Source: Thermoanaerobaculia bacterium (GTDB lineage Bacteria > Acidobacteriota > Thermoanaerobaculia > UBA5066). From it: a stretch of 64,000 nt of DNA. Positions 46,751 through 57,119 of the stretch are shown here, in pieces; the stretch's first letter is position 1, and each line of letters starts with the position of its first letter. A program made the position numbers and the translations under genes. The stretch is taken from contig JBBRRY010000003.1 of NCBI GenBank assembly GCA_038245905.1, positions 32,001 to 96,000 on the forward strand. The letters run 5' to 3'. Under the pieces are notes generated by a model that saw nothing but the letters and a program-made list of their open reading frames with translations, did no database searches and was not told the origin of the DNA.

Positions 46751-47691
46751 GAGAAAAAATGGTCGGGCCGGGGCCGCGTTTTCAGGGTCCCGACGAGATC
46801 GGAGACACGCGAGACGCCGTGATTCGAGCACCACACCGAGAGCTCCTTCACGAGACGGCCCGCGAGGGAAGGATCGCGGAAGTTCGCGGTTCCGATCTGG
46901 ACCGCGTTCGCGCCGGCGATGAGGAACTCGACGACGTGCCCGACGGTCTCGATTCCTCCCATCCCGAAGATCGGCACCTTCGGCAGCGCCTTCCGGACTT
47001 CCCACACCATGCGGAGCGCGATGGGTCGGATCGCGGGTCCCGAGAGGCCGCCGGTCGTGAACCCGATCTTCGGCGTGCGCGTCTCGAGGTCGATCGCGAG
47101 GCCGACGAGCGTGTTGATCAGAGAGAGAGCATCCGCTCCGGCGTCCACGGCGGCCCGCGCGGACGCCACGATGTCCGTCACGTTTGGCGAGAGCTTGACG
47201 ATGAGCGGATGGCCCGTCGCCGCGCGGATTCTCTTCACGAGGCCGGCGAGCGCGTCGGGGTTGTTCCCGAATATCATTCCTCCCTTGACCACGTTCGGGC
47301 AGGAGACGTTCATCTCGATGGCGGCGATGCGGCGATCGGTCCCGATCCTTTCGACGACCGCCACGTAGTCGTCCTCGGTGTCTCCCCAGACGTTCGCGAT
47401 CACGGTCGCGCCGAGGCGCGCGAGTTCGGGAAGCTTGCCTTCGAGGAACGCATCCACCCCCACGTTTTGCAGCCCGATCGCGTTCAACATTCCGGCGTCC
47501 GTCTCGCAGATGCGCGGCGGCGGATTGCCGTGGCACGGGCGGCGCGAGAGCCCCTTGACCGAGATGGCACCGAGCTCCGCGAGGTCGAGGTATTCCGCGA
47601 ACTCGAGGCCGTAGCCGAACGTGCCCGAGGCCGTTCCGATCGGGTTCCGGAGGCGCAGCCGGCCGAAGGCCGTGGAAAGGTCGACGTTCAT
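46747..47691 (-). CDS. pyrD: Dihydroorotate dehydrogenase B, catalytic subunit
   Basis: [30 protein letters not shown] and GGLSG. Confidence 0.96.
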   Translation of the reverse strand: MNVDLSTAFGRLRLRNPIGTASGTFGYGLEFAEYLDLAELGAISVKGLSRRPCHGNPPPRICETDAGMLNAIGLQNVGVDAFLEGKLPELARLGATVIANVWGDTEDDYVAVVERIGTDRRIAAIEMNVSCPNVVKGGMIFGNNPDALAGLVKRIRAATGHPLIVKLSPNVTDIVASARAAVDAGADALSLINTLVGLAIDLETRTPKIGFTTGGLSGPAIRPIALRMVWEVRKALPKVPIFGMGGIETVGHVVEFLIAGANAVQIGTANFRDPSLAGRLVKELSVWCSNHGVSRVSDLVGTLKTRPRPDHFFS

Positions 47692-47704
47692 GACGTCACG
47701 AGCC

Positions 47705-48511
47705 TCAAAGCCGGGCCCAGTCGATGAGAGTGGGCGGGACGCACGGGCCCTCCTTGCAGATCGTCCCGAAGCGCCCGTCCGTCATCGGAACCACGCAGCC
47801 GAGGCAGACGCCGAAGCCGCAGGCCATCTCGGACTCCATCGCGAAGGAGCCTTCGAGCTCCGCATCCGCGAGGAGCCGGGCGAGCGCGCGGAACATCGGG
47901 AGGGGGCCGCAGGCATAGGCGCGGCGGTAGCGCGCGCCACCCGCGAGCGCGTGGGTGAAGAGGTCGGTGACGAGGCCACGCCGCCCGAGCGAGCCGTCGT
48001 CCGTCGCATAGCGGCACCGGTGGGAGCCGAGAAACCGCTCGAACTCGGCGCGCTTCAGGATGTCGTTCTCGTTGCGTCCGCCGTAGAAAAGATCGGCGGC
48101 GATCCCGTGCGCGGCGAGCGTCCGCGCGAGCAGCACGAGGGGGGCCAGGCCGATCCCGCCCGCCACCAGGGCGACGCGGTCCGTCGGGAGGAGGTCGCGG
48201 ATCGGAAACGGGACGCCGAGCGGGCCGAGGACCGGGAGCGGCGTCCCTTCGGCGAAGCGGGCGAGCGCCGCCGTCCCGACGCCGACGATCTTGACGACGA
48301 ACTCCAGCGCGGGAACGCCCGCCACCGTTGTGACGTCCGCGATGGAAAACGCGCGCCGGAGATAGGGGCGCAACCCCTCGCCGGCCTGAATCATCGCGAA
48401 ATGCCCGGCCTCCGTCAGTGGCCCAATCGATCCCGCCGACAGAAACAGCGAATAGTGCTGCTCGTCGTAGTGAGTCGTCCTGAGGACGCGGAGGGACTCG
48501 TTGACGGCCAT
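47705..48511 (-). CDS. pyrK: Dihydroorotate dehydrogenase electron transfer subunit
   Basis: LRRAFSI, GPLG, AGGIGLAP, ACGP and the [2Fe-2S] motif MACGFGVCLGC...C. Confidence 0.93.
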   Translation of the reverse strand: MAVNESLRVLRTTHYDEQHYSLFLSAGSIGPLTEAGHFAMIQAGEGLRPYLRRAFSIADVTTVAGVPALEFVVKIVGVGTAALARFAEGTPLPVLGPLGVPFPIRDLLPTDRVALVAGGIGLAPLVLLARTLAAHGIAADLFYGGRNENDILKRAEFERFLGSHRCRYATDDGSLGRRGLVTDLFTHALAGGARYRRAYACGPLPMFRALARLLADAELEGSFAMESEMACGFGVCLGCVVPMTDGRFGTICKEGPCVPPTLIDWARL

Positions 48512-48544
48512 CGGGAAGAAGGCGAGACTCGCCGGGCGCGGATT

Positions 48545-50212
48545 ATGAGCGAGGGCCGACCGGCGTACCACCTTCCTCTCGGAGGAGCGCTCTTCGGCCT
48601 CGCGGCGGGCGACCTCCTGCTGGGCCTGAATTCGGAACTGCTGCGCTTCCTTCCTGCCGCGCGCCTTCTGCTGGTCGCGGCCGCATCGGGAGCGCTCCTC
48701 GCCGCGCCGCTGGCACTCTGGACACGCTGGACACGCGCGCGACGCCCTTCGCGTGCCGGCACGGCCTGGAGCGCCTCACTGTTCGCGGCGTTTGGCGTGT
48801 TCGTCGAGTTCCAGCGGCAGGCTCTCCACGACTTCGTTCCCGCAGGGGCCCGACGCGTCCTGGTCGCGACGGCGCTCGCGGCATTTCTCTCGGCGGCCGT
48901 TCTCGCGGCCCGCGCCCTTCGCAGCGGGCCCAACGCCGGAACGCTCCCTATTCTGATCGCCCTCTTCCTGCTCGCGCCCGCCCTCGGCAGGCGCGAGCCA
49001 GAGCGCCCTTCGCTCGGGGTCACGAACGTGCCGCGCCGCGCACCGCGGCGGAATCTCCTCGTCGTCGGCCTAGAGGGGGCTTCGTGGGACCTTCTCACCG
49101 CCTATGCCTCGGAGGGGGTGATGCCGGTCGTCGCGCGGCTCCTGCGCGAGGGGGCGGCCGGACCGCTCGCTCCGCTCTCTCCCTACGACAGAGCCGCTCT
49201 CTGGACCACGGCCGCGACGGGCAAACGTCCGCTCAAGCACGGCGTCGTGTCGTCGCGCTGCTACGAGACGCCCGGTGGAACGCTTCGTCTCCTCCCCGTC
49301 CTGCCCGGCGGGGCCGTTCCGGGCGGCGCGCGCCCGGCGGCGGACGCGGCGGCGGCGCGCCGCAGCCTGACGTTCTGGGAAATCCTCGCCTCTCGCGGCC
49401 ACGAAGCGGCCGTCCTCGGCTGGCCCGCGTCGTCGCCGGCGCGGGAGGGACTCGTCCTCTGGGCGAGCGACGCCTTCTTCGACGGAGGCTCGGGCGAGAA
49501 CACGGCGCTCCCCGCCGGGGCCGCGGCGCGGGCGCGTCTCTTCCGCGTTTCCGCAGACGGTCTCGACCGTCCGCTCGCGCGCTCGCTCGTTCCGGACGGG
49601 CTCGCCACGGGCGAGGCCCGGCGCTCTCCTCTTCGGGGAGCCGCGCGTGATCTCACGGTCATCGGGGCGGCACTCGCGGCGCTGCCGGGCGGGCCGCGAA
49701 ACGTCTCGGCCGTCGTTCTCGCGGGCCTCGTGGAGGTGAGCGGCCTCTTCGGAGCCGCGGGCGATGCGCGGTACTGGGGGCTCTCCGTTCCGGAGGCGGA
49801 GGCGCGGGCCGCCGCGCTCAGGGCCTATTACAGATTTCTCGACGACCTGCTCGGGGAGACTCTGGAACGCGAAGGCCAGGATCGCACGATCTGCTTTTTC
49901 GCTCCCGTCTCATGGGGCCCCCCGCCGACGCTCGAAGCCGTCTCGCGGTTCCTCCGCGGAAAGACGCCCGCGGCGAGCCCCGATGCCGCGCGGGACGGCT
50001 TCGTGCTCTTCGCAGGAGCCGGCGTGAGGTCGGGCGTGCGCCTCACGTCCGCGAACGTCCTCGATCTTGCGCCGACGCTGCTCGTCCTCGCGGGCGAGCC
50101 CATCGCGCGGGACATGGACGGACGCGTCCTCGCCGAGGTGTTCGACGAGAGGTTCACCGAGTCCGCGAGCGTTCCGATCGTGTCGACGTTCGAGGCGGCG
50201 GGACCGCAATGA
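48545..50212 (+). CDS. Membrane-anchored alkaline phosphatase/NPP-superfamily protein with degenerate active site
   Basis: About 5 N-terminal TM helices, then VVGLEGASW, WTTAATGKRPLKHGV and DLAPTLL...MDGRVL. Confidence 0.8.
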   Translation: MSEGRPAYHLPLGGALFGLAAGDLLLGLNSELLRFLPAARLLLVAAASGALLAAPLALWTRWTRARRPSRAGTAWSASLFAAFGVFVEFQRQALHDFVPAGARRVLVATALAAFLSAAVLAARALRSGPNAGTLPILIALFLLAPALGRREPERPSLGVTNVPRRAPRRNLLVVGLEGASWDLLTAYASEGVMPVVARLLREGAAGPLAPLSPYDRAALWTTAATGKRPLKHGVVSSRCYETPGGTLRLLPVLPGGAVPGGARPAADAAAARRSLTFWEILASRGHEAAVLGWPASSPAREGLVLWASDAFFDGGSGENTALPAGAAARARLFRVSADGLDRPLARSLVPDGLATGEARRSPLRGAARDLTVIGAALAALPGGPRNVSAVVLAGLVEVSGLFGAAGDARYWGLSVPEAEARAAALRAYYRFLDDLLGETLEREGQDRTICFFAPVSWGPPPTLEAVSRFLRGKTPAASPDAARDGFVLFAGAGVRSGVRLTSANVLDLAPTLLVLAGEPIARDMDGRVLAEVFDERFTESASVPIVSTFEAAGPQ

Positions 50213-52065
50213 ACGGAGCGGGGAAAGGAACGCGCGCGGCTCTCGTCCTCGCTCTTGGTGCGCTCGGCGTCTTTCTGCGTGTGGTCAAGGCCGGAGACTG
50301 GCCGGCGGGACCATGGCTCGACGAGCTCTACTTCCTCCGTGCCGCGCGGCTTTCGGCCGTCGAAGGCTTCTGGTCCCTCTTTGGCACGACGCCGATGCAC
50401 CCACCGGATTTTCTTTTCTCGAACGGGTGGCGTTACTATCCGAGCGGCCTCTTTCTCTGGCCGCTCGCGGCCGCCGACCGGCTCGCGGGCGGGGGCATGT
50501 CCTCGGTTCGGCTCATTGCTCTCGGCTCCGGCGTCCTCCTGTTTCTCGCGTCGCTCGCGCTCGCGACTGAAGCCACGCGCGAACGACCGCGCGCGCTTCT
50601 GCCGGCGGCCGTCCTCCTCGCGACGTCACTCTGGCTTCTGACGCAGGCGAGGTGGGCGTGCGACGTGGTCTTGACGTCGGCGGTCGTGACCGCCGGCGCC
50701 GCGGCAGGCCTTAGGGCCTGGAGGCGCTCTTCTCCCGCGTGGGCGATCGCGTCCGGAGCCCTGTTCGGACTTGGCGCCGCGGGATACGCCTCGGGACGCC
50801 TCGCTCTCGCGCTGCCGGCGGCCGTCCTCGCAGCTGCCTGGGCCTCAGGACATCGCGCCCTGCGCCGCATGGCGCTCATCGCGCTTCTCGCGGAGGTTGT
50901 CGTCATCGCCCCGCTCGCGCTCACATACGTGCGGCATCCGGAACGCCTGACGGCGCACGTTCGTGATCTCTCGATTCTCGCCCGGCCTGCACCCGATGCG
51001 GGGCGGGCCTTTTTCGCGAACGTCCGCGACTACGCGGCGCTGTTTTTCGTGCATGGGGATGCGATCGCCCGGCACGGCGACCCGGACCGTCCCGTCGTCC
51101 TCGCAGGCGTGGGTGCCCTCCTCGTGGCAGGCGCTGCGGTCGGCATCGTGCGCGCCGGCGTCGAACGCCTTTTCCTCCTCCCCATCGCGGTCTTCCTCGC
51201 GGGTGGACTCCTCGCGCGCGATACGGAAAGCGCGAACGCGAGCCGAATCTCGCTTGCGGCCCCTTTCGTTCTCACGCTCGCGGCGCTCGGGGGCGCCGCT
51301 CTCGTGGAGTCGCTTCCAGCGCGCGACCGGCGTGCCGGGGGAGCGTCCCTTCTCGGTCTCGTGCTCGTGACGGCCCTTCTAGACGTATCGGGCTTCGTTC
51401 GCTGGATTGCCGCGCCACATGTGGGGAACAGCTTCGGCGTCGCGGAGCGCCGCCTCAGCGAGGCGATCGAGACGGAGCGGCGCCGCTCTCCGTCCGAGAT
51501 CCTCGTGCACCCGGTTCGCGCCGCCCGAAACGTGTACGTCGTCGACGTTCTTCTGGGCCGGCCGGACGATGGCGGACGCCATGCCGTGAGCATCGGGACG
51601 GCGGGCGTCGAGACGGCCTGGACGCGCGTTCCCGAGGGCGACGTGCTCTTTGCGGCGGACGGATCTCCCGAGGTCCGAAGGACGGTGGCGAGCCTGGACG
51701 GCACCCTCGTCGCGCATGCGGATCCGGAGGATGGCGGGTTGCCGTGGGCGCTCTACCGGATTCCGCATGAGGCGGCCGCGTCTGCTGCTCTGCGCGCCCT
51801 CGGCGGGCTCGCCCGAGTGTCCGCGCCGGGCGGAAATTTCTTCGCGTCCGAAGATGGTGTTTACGTCTTTACGACGCAAGGCGCCATGAGGGTCGCGCTT
51901 GATGACCACGTGCTTTTCGACGGGAACGCCGGCGGTCACGTCGCGCTGCGCCTCGCGAAGGGCCGGCATCTACTCGAAGCAGAACGGCGCCGACCCTCGG
52001 CCGGCCTCCTCGTCGTGGCGCCGGACGGTTTCGCCCTCCCGATGGGAGACCTGGATCCGCCTTAG
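50209..52065 (+). CDS. GT-C/ArnT-like membrane glycosyltransferase with extracellular C-terminal domain
   Basis: DE motif after TM1 (PWLDEL), about 11-12 hydrophobic segments and a C-terminal beta-rich tail. ATGA overlap with the upstream gene. Confidence 0.68.
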   Translation: MNGAGKGTRAALVLALGALGVFLRVVKAGDWPAGPWLDELYFLRAARLSAVEGFWSLFGTTPMHPPDFLFSNGWRYYPSGLFLWPLAAADRLAGGGMSSVRLIALGSGVLLFLASLALATEATRERPRALLPAAVLLATSLWLLTQARWACDVVLTSAVVTAGAAAGLRAWRRSSPAWAIASGALFGLGAAGYASGRLALALPAAVLAAAWASGHRALRRMALIALLAEVVVIAPLALTYVRHPERLTAHVRDLSILARPAPDAGRAFFANVRDYAALFFVHGDAIARHGDPDRPVVLAGVGALLVAGAAVGIVRAGVERLFLLPIAVFLAGGLLARDTESANASRISLAAPFVLTLAALGGAALVESLPARDRRAGGASLLGLVLVTALLDVSGFVRWIAAPHVGNSFGVAERRLSEAIETERRRSPSEILVHPVRAARNVYVVDVLLGRPDDGGRHAVSIGTAGVETAWTRVPEGDVLFAADGSPEVRRTVASLDGTLVAHADPEDGGLPWALYRIPHEAAASAALRALGGLARVSAPGGNFFASEDGVYVFTTQGAMRVALDDHVLFDGNAGGHVALRLAKGRHLLEAERRRPSAGLLVVAPDGFALPMGDLDPP

Positions 52066-52075
52066 CGCTCTGCCA

Positions 52076-53005
52076 TCAGGGCGCCAGGGCACGCGCGAGC
52101 GCCGCGTGGAACGCAGCGGGTGTCTCGAGTGGACCGTCGTGGCCGGCGCCCGCGAGGACGACGAGGCTCGCCCCGCGCATCTTCGAGGCGGCCTGGCGAG
52201 CGCCGGCGAGAGGGAAGAGTGTGTCCCTCTCGCCCCAGATGAGCGTCGTCTGTGCCGGCAGGTCGGGGAGGCGCGGGAGGAGGCCGTCGGCTTCGGCGAG
52301 GCGCGCGACCGTGAGGGCCGCCGTGCCCGAACCATAGTTCCTACCGAATGCGTCGAGGATGAATCCGAGGGAAGGCGCTGGCTTTCGGAAGAAAAGAAGG
52401 CCGAAGATCCGCCGGGCGCCCGCGCGGTCCCGCGGAAGAACGCGCGCGCGTTCGACCTCCGCGTCCTCGGGAAGCGTCAAGCCCGCCGCGTCCACGAGGA
52501 CGAGGCGGCCGACCATCCAGGGAAACTCCAGCGCGTACCAGCCGGCCGTCCAGCCGCCTAAGGAGTGGCCGACGAAGTCGAACTTCTCGAGCGCGAGAGC
52601 GCGTGCAAGCGCGTCCATTGCGGCCACGCGGCCCCGAAGTCCGAAGCCGGCGGGTACGCGCGGCGGCGCGCTGTGGCCGGAGCCCGGCGCGTCGGGAAGG
52701 ATCACGGTGCGGCCGTGCCGGGCGAGGAAGCGCGCCGCATCCGTCCAGTAGGTTGCGTCGGCTCCGAGGCCGTGCAGGAGGACGACGGGCCGTTCCGCCG
52801 AGAGCGGTCCGAGGACGAAGGTCGAAAGCGATGTTCCGTCGTCTGCGGCGAAGACCTCTCTCCGCGCGCCCGAGAGGAAGAGGCGTTTCTCCTGAATCGC
52901 GCGGTAGACGGGGAGCGGATCGACGGCAAGCGCACCGAGAAAGAACGAGCCGACGAAGGTGAGCGCGGCGAGAGCCCATGGCAGGAGCGGAACCTGCCTC
53001 CGCAT
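52076..53005 (-). CDS. Alpha/beta hydrolase with N-terminal TM anchor
   Basis: LLHGLG, PGSGHS, GHSLGG nucleophile elbow, WGERD and GAGH. Confidence 0.9.
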   Translation of the reverse strand: MRRQVPLLPWALAALTFVGSFFLGALAVDPLPVYRAIQEKRLFLSGARREVFAADDGTSLSTFVLGPLSAERPVVLLHGLGADATYWTDAARFLARHGRTVILPDAPGSGHSAPPRVPAGFGLRGRVAAMDALARALALEKFDFVGHSLGGWTAGWYALEFPWMVGRLVLVDAAGLTLPEDAEVERARVLPRDRAGARRIFGLLFFRKPAPSLGFILDAFGRNYGSGTAALTVARLAEADGLLPRLPDLPAQTTLIWGERDTLFPLAGARQAASKMRGASLVVLAGAGHDGPLETPAAFHAALARALAP

Positions 53006-53012
53006 CGGCCTC

Positions 53013-55157
53013 TCAGTACGCGACGAGCGACCGCAGCGCCGCGAGGATGTCCTCGCTCTGCGGAAGCGTGGCGCTCTCCAGCTGCGGAGCGTAACCGCAG
53101 AACACGTCCTTCGCCGCCACGCGCCTCACGGGCGCGTCGAGCCATGGGAAGAGCTCGTCCGCGGCGCGCGCGGCGATCTCGGCCCCGAAGCCGTGCGTCT
53201 GCCAGTCTTCGTGCACGACGAGGAGGCGGTTCGTCCGCTTCACGCTCTCGGCGATCGCCTCGAAATCATAGGGCGCGAGTGAGCGCAGGTCGATGATCTC
53301 GGCGTCCCGGCCGTCTTCCTCCGCCAGGCGGGCCGCCGCGACCACGCTCCGGAACACCGTGGCTCCATAGGTCACGATCGTGGCGTCGGTCCCGGGCCGC
53401 ACGGTCTTCGCCTTGCCGAAGGGGACCATGAAATCCGGGCCCGGGTAGCGGCCCTTGTTATGCGTCTGCCGGTACAGGTGCTTGTGCTCGAGGAAGAGCA
53501 CGGGGTCGTCGCAGCGGATCGCCGTGCGGAGGAGGCCGTTCGCGTCGAGAGCGTTGGACGGCATGACGACGCGAAGCCCCGGGATGTGCGCGAAGGTCAC
53601 CTCGCCCGACTGCGAGTGGTAGGGGCCGCCGCCGGTCAGATAGCCGCCGATGGCGACCCGGATGACGACCGGCGCGCGGAAAGACCCGCCCGAGCGCCAG
53701 CGTGTCGTCGCGAGCTCATCGCGAATCTGAAGCATAGCGGGCCAGATGTAGTCGAAGAACTGGATCTCGACGACGGGCTTGAGTCCGCGCGCGGCCCACC
53801 CGATCGCGCGCCCGACGATGCCCGCCTCCGCGAGGGGCGAATTGAAGACGCGCGCGGGCCCGAACGCCTTCTGGAGGCCGGCCGTAACCTTGAAGACGCC
53901 GCCCTTCCCCTTGCACTCTTCGAGCACGTCGGCGCGGCTCGCGTCCGCAACGTCCTCGCCCCAGATCGCGATGCGTTGGTCGCGCGCCATTTCGTCGCGA
54001 AGCGCGGCATTGATGAGATCGACCATCGTCGTCGGTTCGCCCGCGAACGCCGGCGAGTCCTCCGTGTCGAAAGCGGCAGACGCCGGGTCGACATCTTGGG
54101 ACACGATGTTGAGGGAGACGGCTTCGGGGCCAGGCTGCGGGTGGGCGAGGGCCTCGTCCGCGGCGGCGTTCACGACGGTATGGACCTCCTCGCCGAGCGC
54201 GATGAGCTCGTCGGCGGTCGCGAGACTCTCCTTCACGAGAAAGGCTGCGAAGACCTCGAGCGGGTCGCGGGCCAGGTCCTTCTTTCGTTCCGCCTCGGAG
54301 CGGTAGAGCCTCTCGTCGTCCGAGAGGGAATGCGAATACGTGCGGACGACGTGCGCGTGGACGAGGGACGGCCCCTTCCTCTCTCGCGCGTACGCAAACG
54401 CGTACCGAATCGCGTCGAACGAAGCGAGGAAGTCGCAGCCGTCCGTCTCGGCGACGAAGAGAGCGGGATAGGAGCGCACGAGCTTCGAGATGGAGCCGCC
54501 GGGGGTGTTCACTTCGACGGGCACCGAGATCGCATAGCCGTTGTCTTCGACGACGAAGACGACCGGGAGCTTCGAGACGCACGCCGAGTTCAGCGCTTCC
54601 CAGAATTCTCCTTCCGCCGTCGCTCCCTCGCCGATCGTCACGACGACAATCTCGTCCGCCGCCGCGCTTTGGACGGCGCCGAGGAGGCCGGCCGCGCCGG
54701 ACGCACCCTCGCGCTGGAGATACCGGCCGGCTTCGGCCGCGCCGACGCCCGGCAGGCACTCGGTGGCGGTCGGCGAGGAGGTCGTGAAGATGCGGAGCCC
54801 GGCGGAGCCCCAGTGCGAGGGCATCTGTCGCCCGGCGGACGCCGGGTCGACGGCGGCTCCGACGGCCTGCAGGAACATGTCTTTAGGGCTCACGCCGAGG
54901 CCGAGGCAGAGCGCGCGGTCGCGGTAGTACGGGAAGAGCCAGTCCGAGCCCTTCCGCATCTGGAAGGCAATCGCCGTCTGGACGGCCTCGTGCCCGGCTC
55001 CCGAGATCTGGAAGAAGATGCGGTTCTGGCGCTTGAGCTGGATCTCCTTGTCGTCGATCCGGCGGGACGTGACCATGTTCCGGTACGCCCGGAGCAGGTC
55101 CTCGCGCGACAGGCCTTCGTACTGGTCCGCCTGGGGCGGCGCGATTTCCGTCGCCAT
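53013..55157 (-). CDS. Fused 2-oxoacid dehydrogenase E1 alpha/beta (BCKDH-like)
   Basis: GAGHEA, PYYRD, TPP motif GEGAT...[31 protein letters not shown] and FLEHK. Confidence 0.93.
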   Translation of the reverse strand: MATEIAPPQADQYEGLSREDLLRAYRNMVTSRRIDDKEIQLKRQNRIFFQISGAGHEAVQTAIAFQMRKGSDWLFPYYRDRALCLGLGVSPKDMFLQAVGAAVDPASAGRQMPSHWGSAGLRIFTTSSPTATECLPGVGAAEAGRYLQREGASGAAGLLGAVQSAAADEIVVVTIGEGATAEGEFWEALNSACVSKLPVVFVVEDNGYAISVPVEVNTPGGSISKLVRSYPALFVAETDGCDFLASFDAIRYAFAYARERKGPSLVHAHVVRTYSHSLSDDERLYRSEAERKKDLARDPLEVFAAFLVKESLATADELIALGEEVHTVVNAAADEALAHPQPGPEAVSLNIVSQDVDPASAAFDTEDSPAFAGEPTTMVDLINAALRDEMARDQRIAIWGEDVADASRADVLEECKGKGGVFKVTAGLQKAFGPARVFNSPLAEAGIVGRAIGWAARGLKPVVEIQFFDYIWPAMLQIRDELATTRWRSGGSFRAPVVIRVAIGGYLTGGGPYHSQSGEVTFAHIPGLRVVMPSNALDANGLLRTAIRCDDPVLFLEHKHLYRQTHNKGRYPGPDFMVPFGKAKTVRPGTDATIVTYGATVFRSVVAAARLAEEDGRDAEIIDLRSLAPYDFEAIAESVKRTNRLLVVHEDWQTHGFGAEIAARAADELFPWLDAPVRRVAAKDVFCGYAPQLESATLPQSEDILAALRSLVAY

Positions 55158-55167
55158 CGCGCGGAGA

Positions 55168-56133
55168 TTACCGGAAAACGGCGTGCCAGTCCGAATGCGG
55201 CACGCGATTCTCGACGATCCAGCCGCGCAGGAGCTCCCTGTAGGTACGCGGCGCGATGCCCTCCTGCGTGAAGAAGGGCTCAAGGGAGGCGTTCAGGGCG
55301 GGGAGGCGGTAGAAAGGAACAGCCGGAAAGTAATGATGCTCGAGGTGGAGATTCGACCAGAGGTAGACGAACTCCCAGAGCGGCGCGCGTGCCATCCGCG
55401 TGCCCCACTTCGCGGGCTCCGCGGGCACGATGTCGTAGTGCTGCCCGAGGCGGTTGAGAGCGAAGGCGGGCGGGAAGACGAGAAAGACCGGCACGAGGTA
55501 GAGCCAGACGAGCCGCGCGGCACCGCCGAAGAAGAAGATCGCGGCCGCGGCGGCAAGGTGCAGCCCGATCGCCGCGAGGCGCTCGCCCCTGATCCTTTGC
55601 TGGAGCGTCTCCGGATAAGTGGCGGTCTCCTTTCCGGCCGCGCGGAAGTAGATCGGGAAGAGCGCCGGTGTCGCGTAGAGCAGCTTCAGCCAGCGCACGT
55701 TCTTCTTCGGAGAGAGGTGCGCGCGCTTCGGGTCGTCCGTGAAAGAGCCGAGCTCGGCGTGGTGGTCGAGGTGCCAGCGCGTGAACTGCGCCGGTGAGAT
55801 GCCGGAGGGGAGCGCGTAGAGGAGGCCGAGGATGCGGTAGGCGCGCGGGCGGTCGCCGTCGTAAACCGTCTTATGGACGACCTCGTGAAGAAGAACGGTC
55901 CCGTCGAAGACGACGAAGCCGAGGACGAGCGCGCAAGGGATCCGTACGAGCAGGCTCTCGAAGTGCCAACCGAGCGCGAACGCGCCGGCGAAGAGGACGA
56001 GCTGGCGCAGCACCACCGCGAAGTGCCGGGTGGGGCTCTTCCGGTGGAGCTCCTTCAGGACCTCGTTCGGCACGGCAGCCGCGAGCCGCTTCCGGAGGTC
56101 CCCGATCGCGCTGTTGTAGTACCCGGACTTCAT
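55168..56133 (-). CDS. Membrane di-iron fatty acid desaturase family protein
   Basis: Three His boxes: HEVVH, HLDHH and HLEHH. Confidence 0.9.
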   Translation of the reverse strand: MKSGYYNSAIGDLRKRLAAAVPNEVLKELHRKSPTRHFAVVLRQLVLFAGAFALGWHFESLLVRIPCALVLGFVVFDGTVLLHEVVHKTVYDGDRPRAYRILGLLYALPSGISPAQFTRWHLDHHAELGSFTDDPKRAHLSPKKNVRWLKLLYATPALFPIYFRAAGKETATYPETLQQRIRGERLAAIGLHLAAAAAIFFFGGAARLVWLYLVPVFLVFPPAFALNRLGQHYDIVPAEPAKWGTRMARAPLWEFVYLWSNLHLEHHYFPAVPFYRLPALNASLEPFFTQEGIAPRTYRELLRGWIVENRVPHSDWHAVFR

Positions 56134-57119
56134 TGCCCCAAGGTTACGTCAACGTCCGGCGCGGTCGACGTATTCCCCGGGGTGTCCTGGGACCCTCCGA
56201 CTTCTTCCGCGACGAGATAGAGCGGGCGCCCCTTCACCTCGTCGTAGATCCTTCCGAGATACTCCCCGAGGACGCCGATCATGAGGAGCTGCACGCCGCC
56301 GAGGAGGAGGATCCAGCCCATGAGGGTCGTCCAGCCGCGCTCGTTGATCCCGAGCACCTTGAGCGCGACGACGACGACGATGTAGAGGAACGCGAAGAAA
56401 GACACGGCAAAACCGAGCCACGTCGCGAGCTGAAGAGGAACGTGGCTGAACGACGTGAGGCCGTCGAGCGCGAACCGCAGCATCTTGCGAAGGGGAAACT
56501 TCGTCTCCCCCCGTGTCCGGGGCGGCCGCACGTACAGAACGCCCGTCTGGCGGAATCCCACCCACGCCGTCATGCCGCGGATGAAGCGGTGCCGCTCGCG
56601 CAGGCGCCGGAACGCGGCGACGGCCCGGGGGCCCATGAGGCGGAAGTCGCCGACGTCGACGGGGATGTCGACGTTCGTCCAGCGCTTGAGAAGCCGGTAG
56701 AAGACGTGCGCGGTCCAGAGCTTGAAAGCGCTCTCGCCCTCCCGCTTGCTGCGTTGCGCATAGACGACCTCGTACCCCTCGTCGACCTTCTTCAGCATCT
56801 CGGAGAGAAGCTCGGGCGGGTCCTGCAGGTCCGCGTCCATCACGGCGACGACTCGGCCGCGCGCGGCGTCGACCCCCGCGGTGAGCGCCATCTGGTGGCC
56901 GAAATTGCGGGAGAACCGAAGCGCCCGGACGCGTGGGTCCCGGCGCGCGAAGACGGCCATCTTCTCGAACGACGCGTCGCTCGAGCCGTCGTCCACGTAG
57001 ACGATCTCCCACGTGCGAGACGTGGCCGTGAGGGCGCGTTGGAGCCGGTCGTTCAGCTCGTCGAGGTTCTCGACCTCGTTGAAAACGGGCAGCGCGACAG
57101 AGATGTCCGGACGGTTCAC
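56130..57119 (-). CDS. GT2 polyprenyl-phosphate glycosyltransferase (GtrB-like)
   Basis: PVFNE, VDDGSSD, SRNFGHQ, MDADLQDPP, GDFRL and two C-terminal TM helices ending GEYLGRIY. Confidence 0.93.
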   Translation of the reverse strand: MNRPDISVALPVFNEVENLDELNDRLQRALTATSRTWEIVYVDDGSSDASFEKMAVFARRDPRVRALRFSRNFGHQMALTAGVDAARGRVVAVMDADLQDPPELLSEMLKKVDEGYEVVYAQRSKREGESAFKLWTAHVFYRLLKRWTNVDIPVDVGDFRLMGPRAVAAFRRLRERHRFIRGMTAWVGFRQTGVLYVRPPRTRGETKFPLRKMLRFALDGLTSFSHVPLQLATWLGFAVSFFAFLYIVVVVALKVLGINERGWTTLMGWILLLGGVQLLMIGVLGEYLGRIYDEVKGRPLYLVAEEVGGSQDTPGNTSTAPDVDVTLGQ

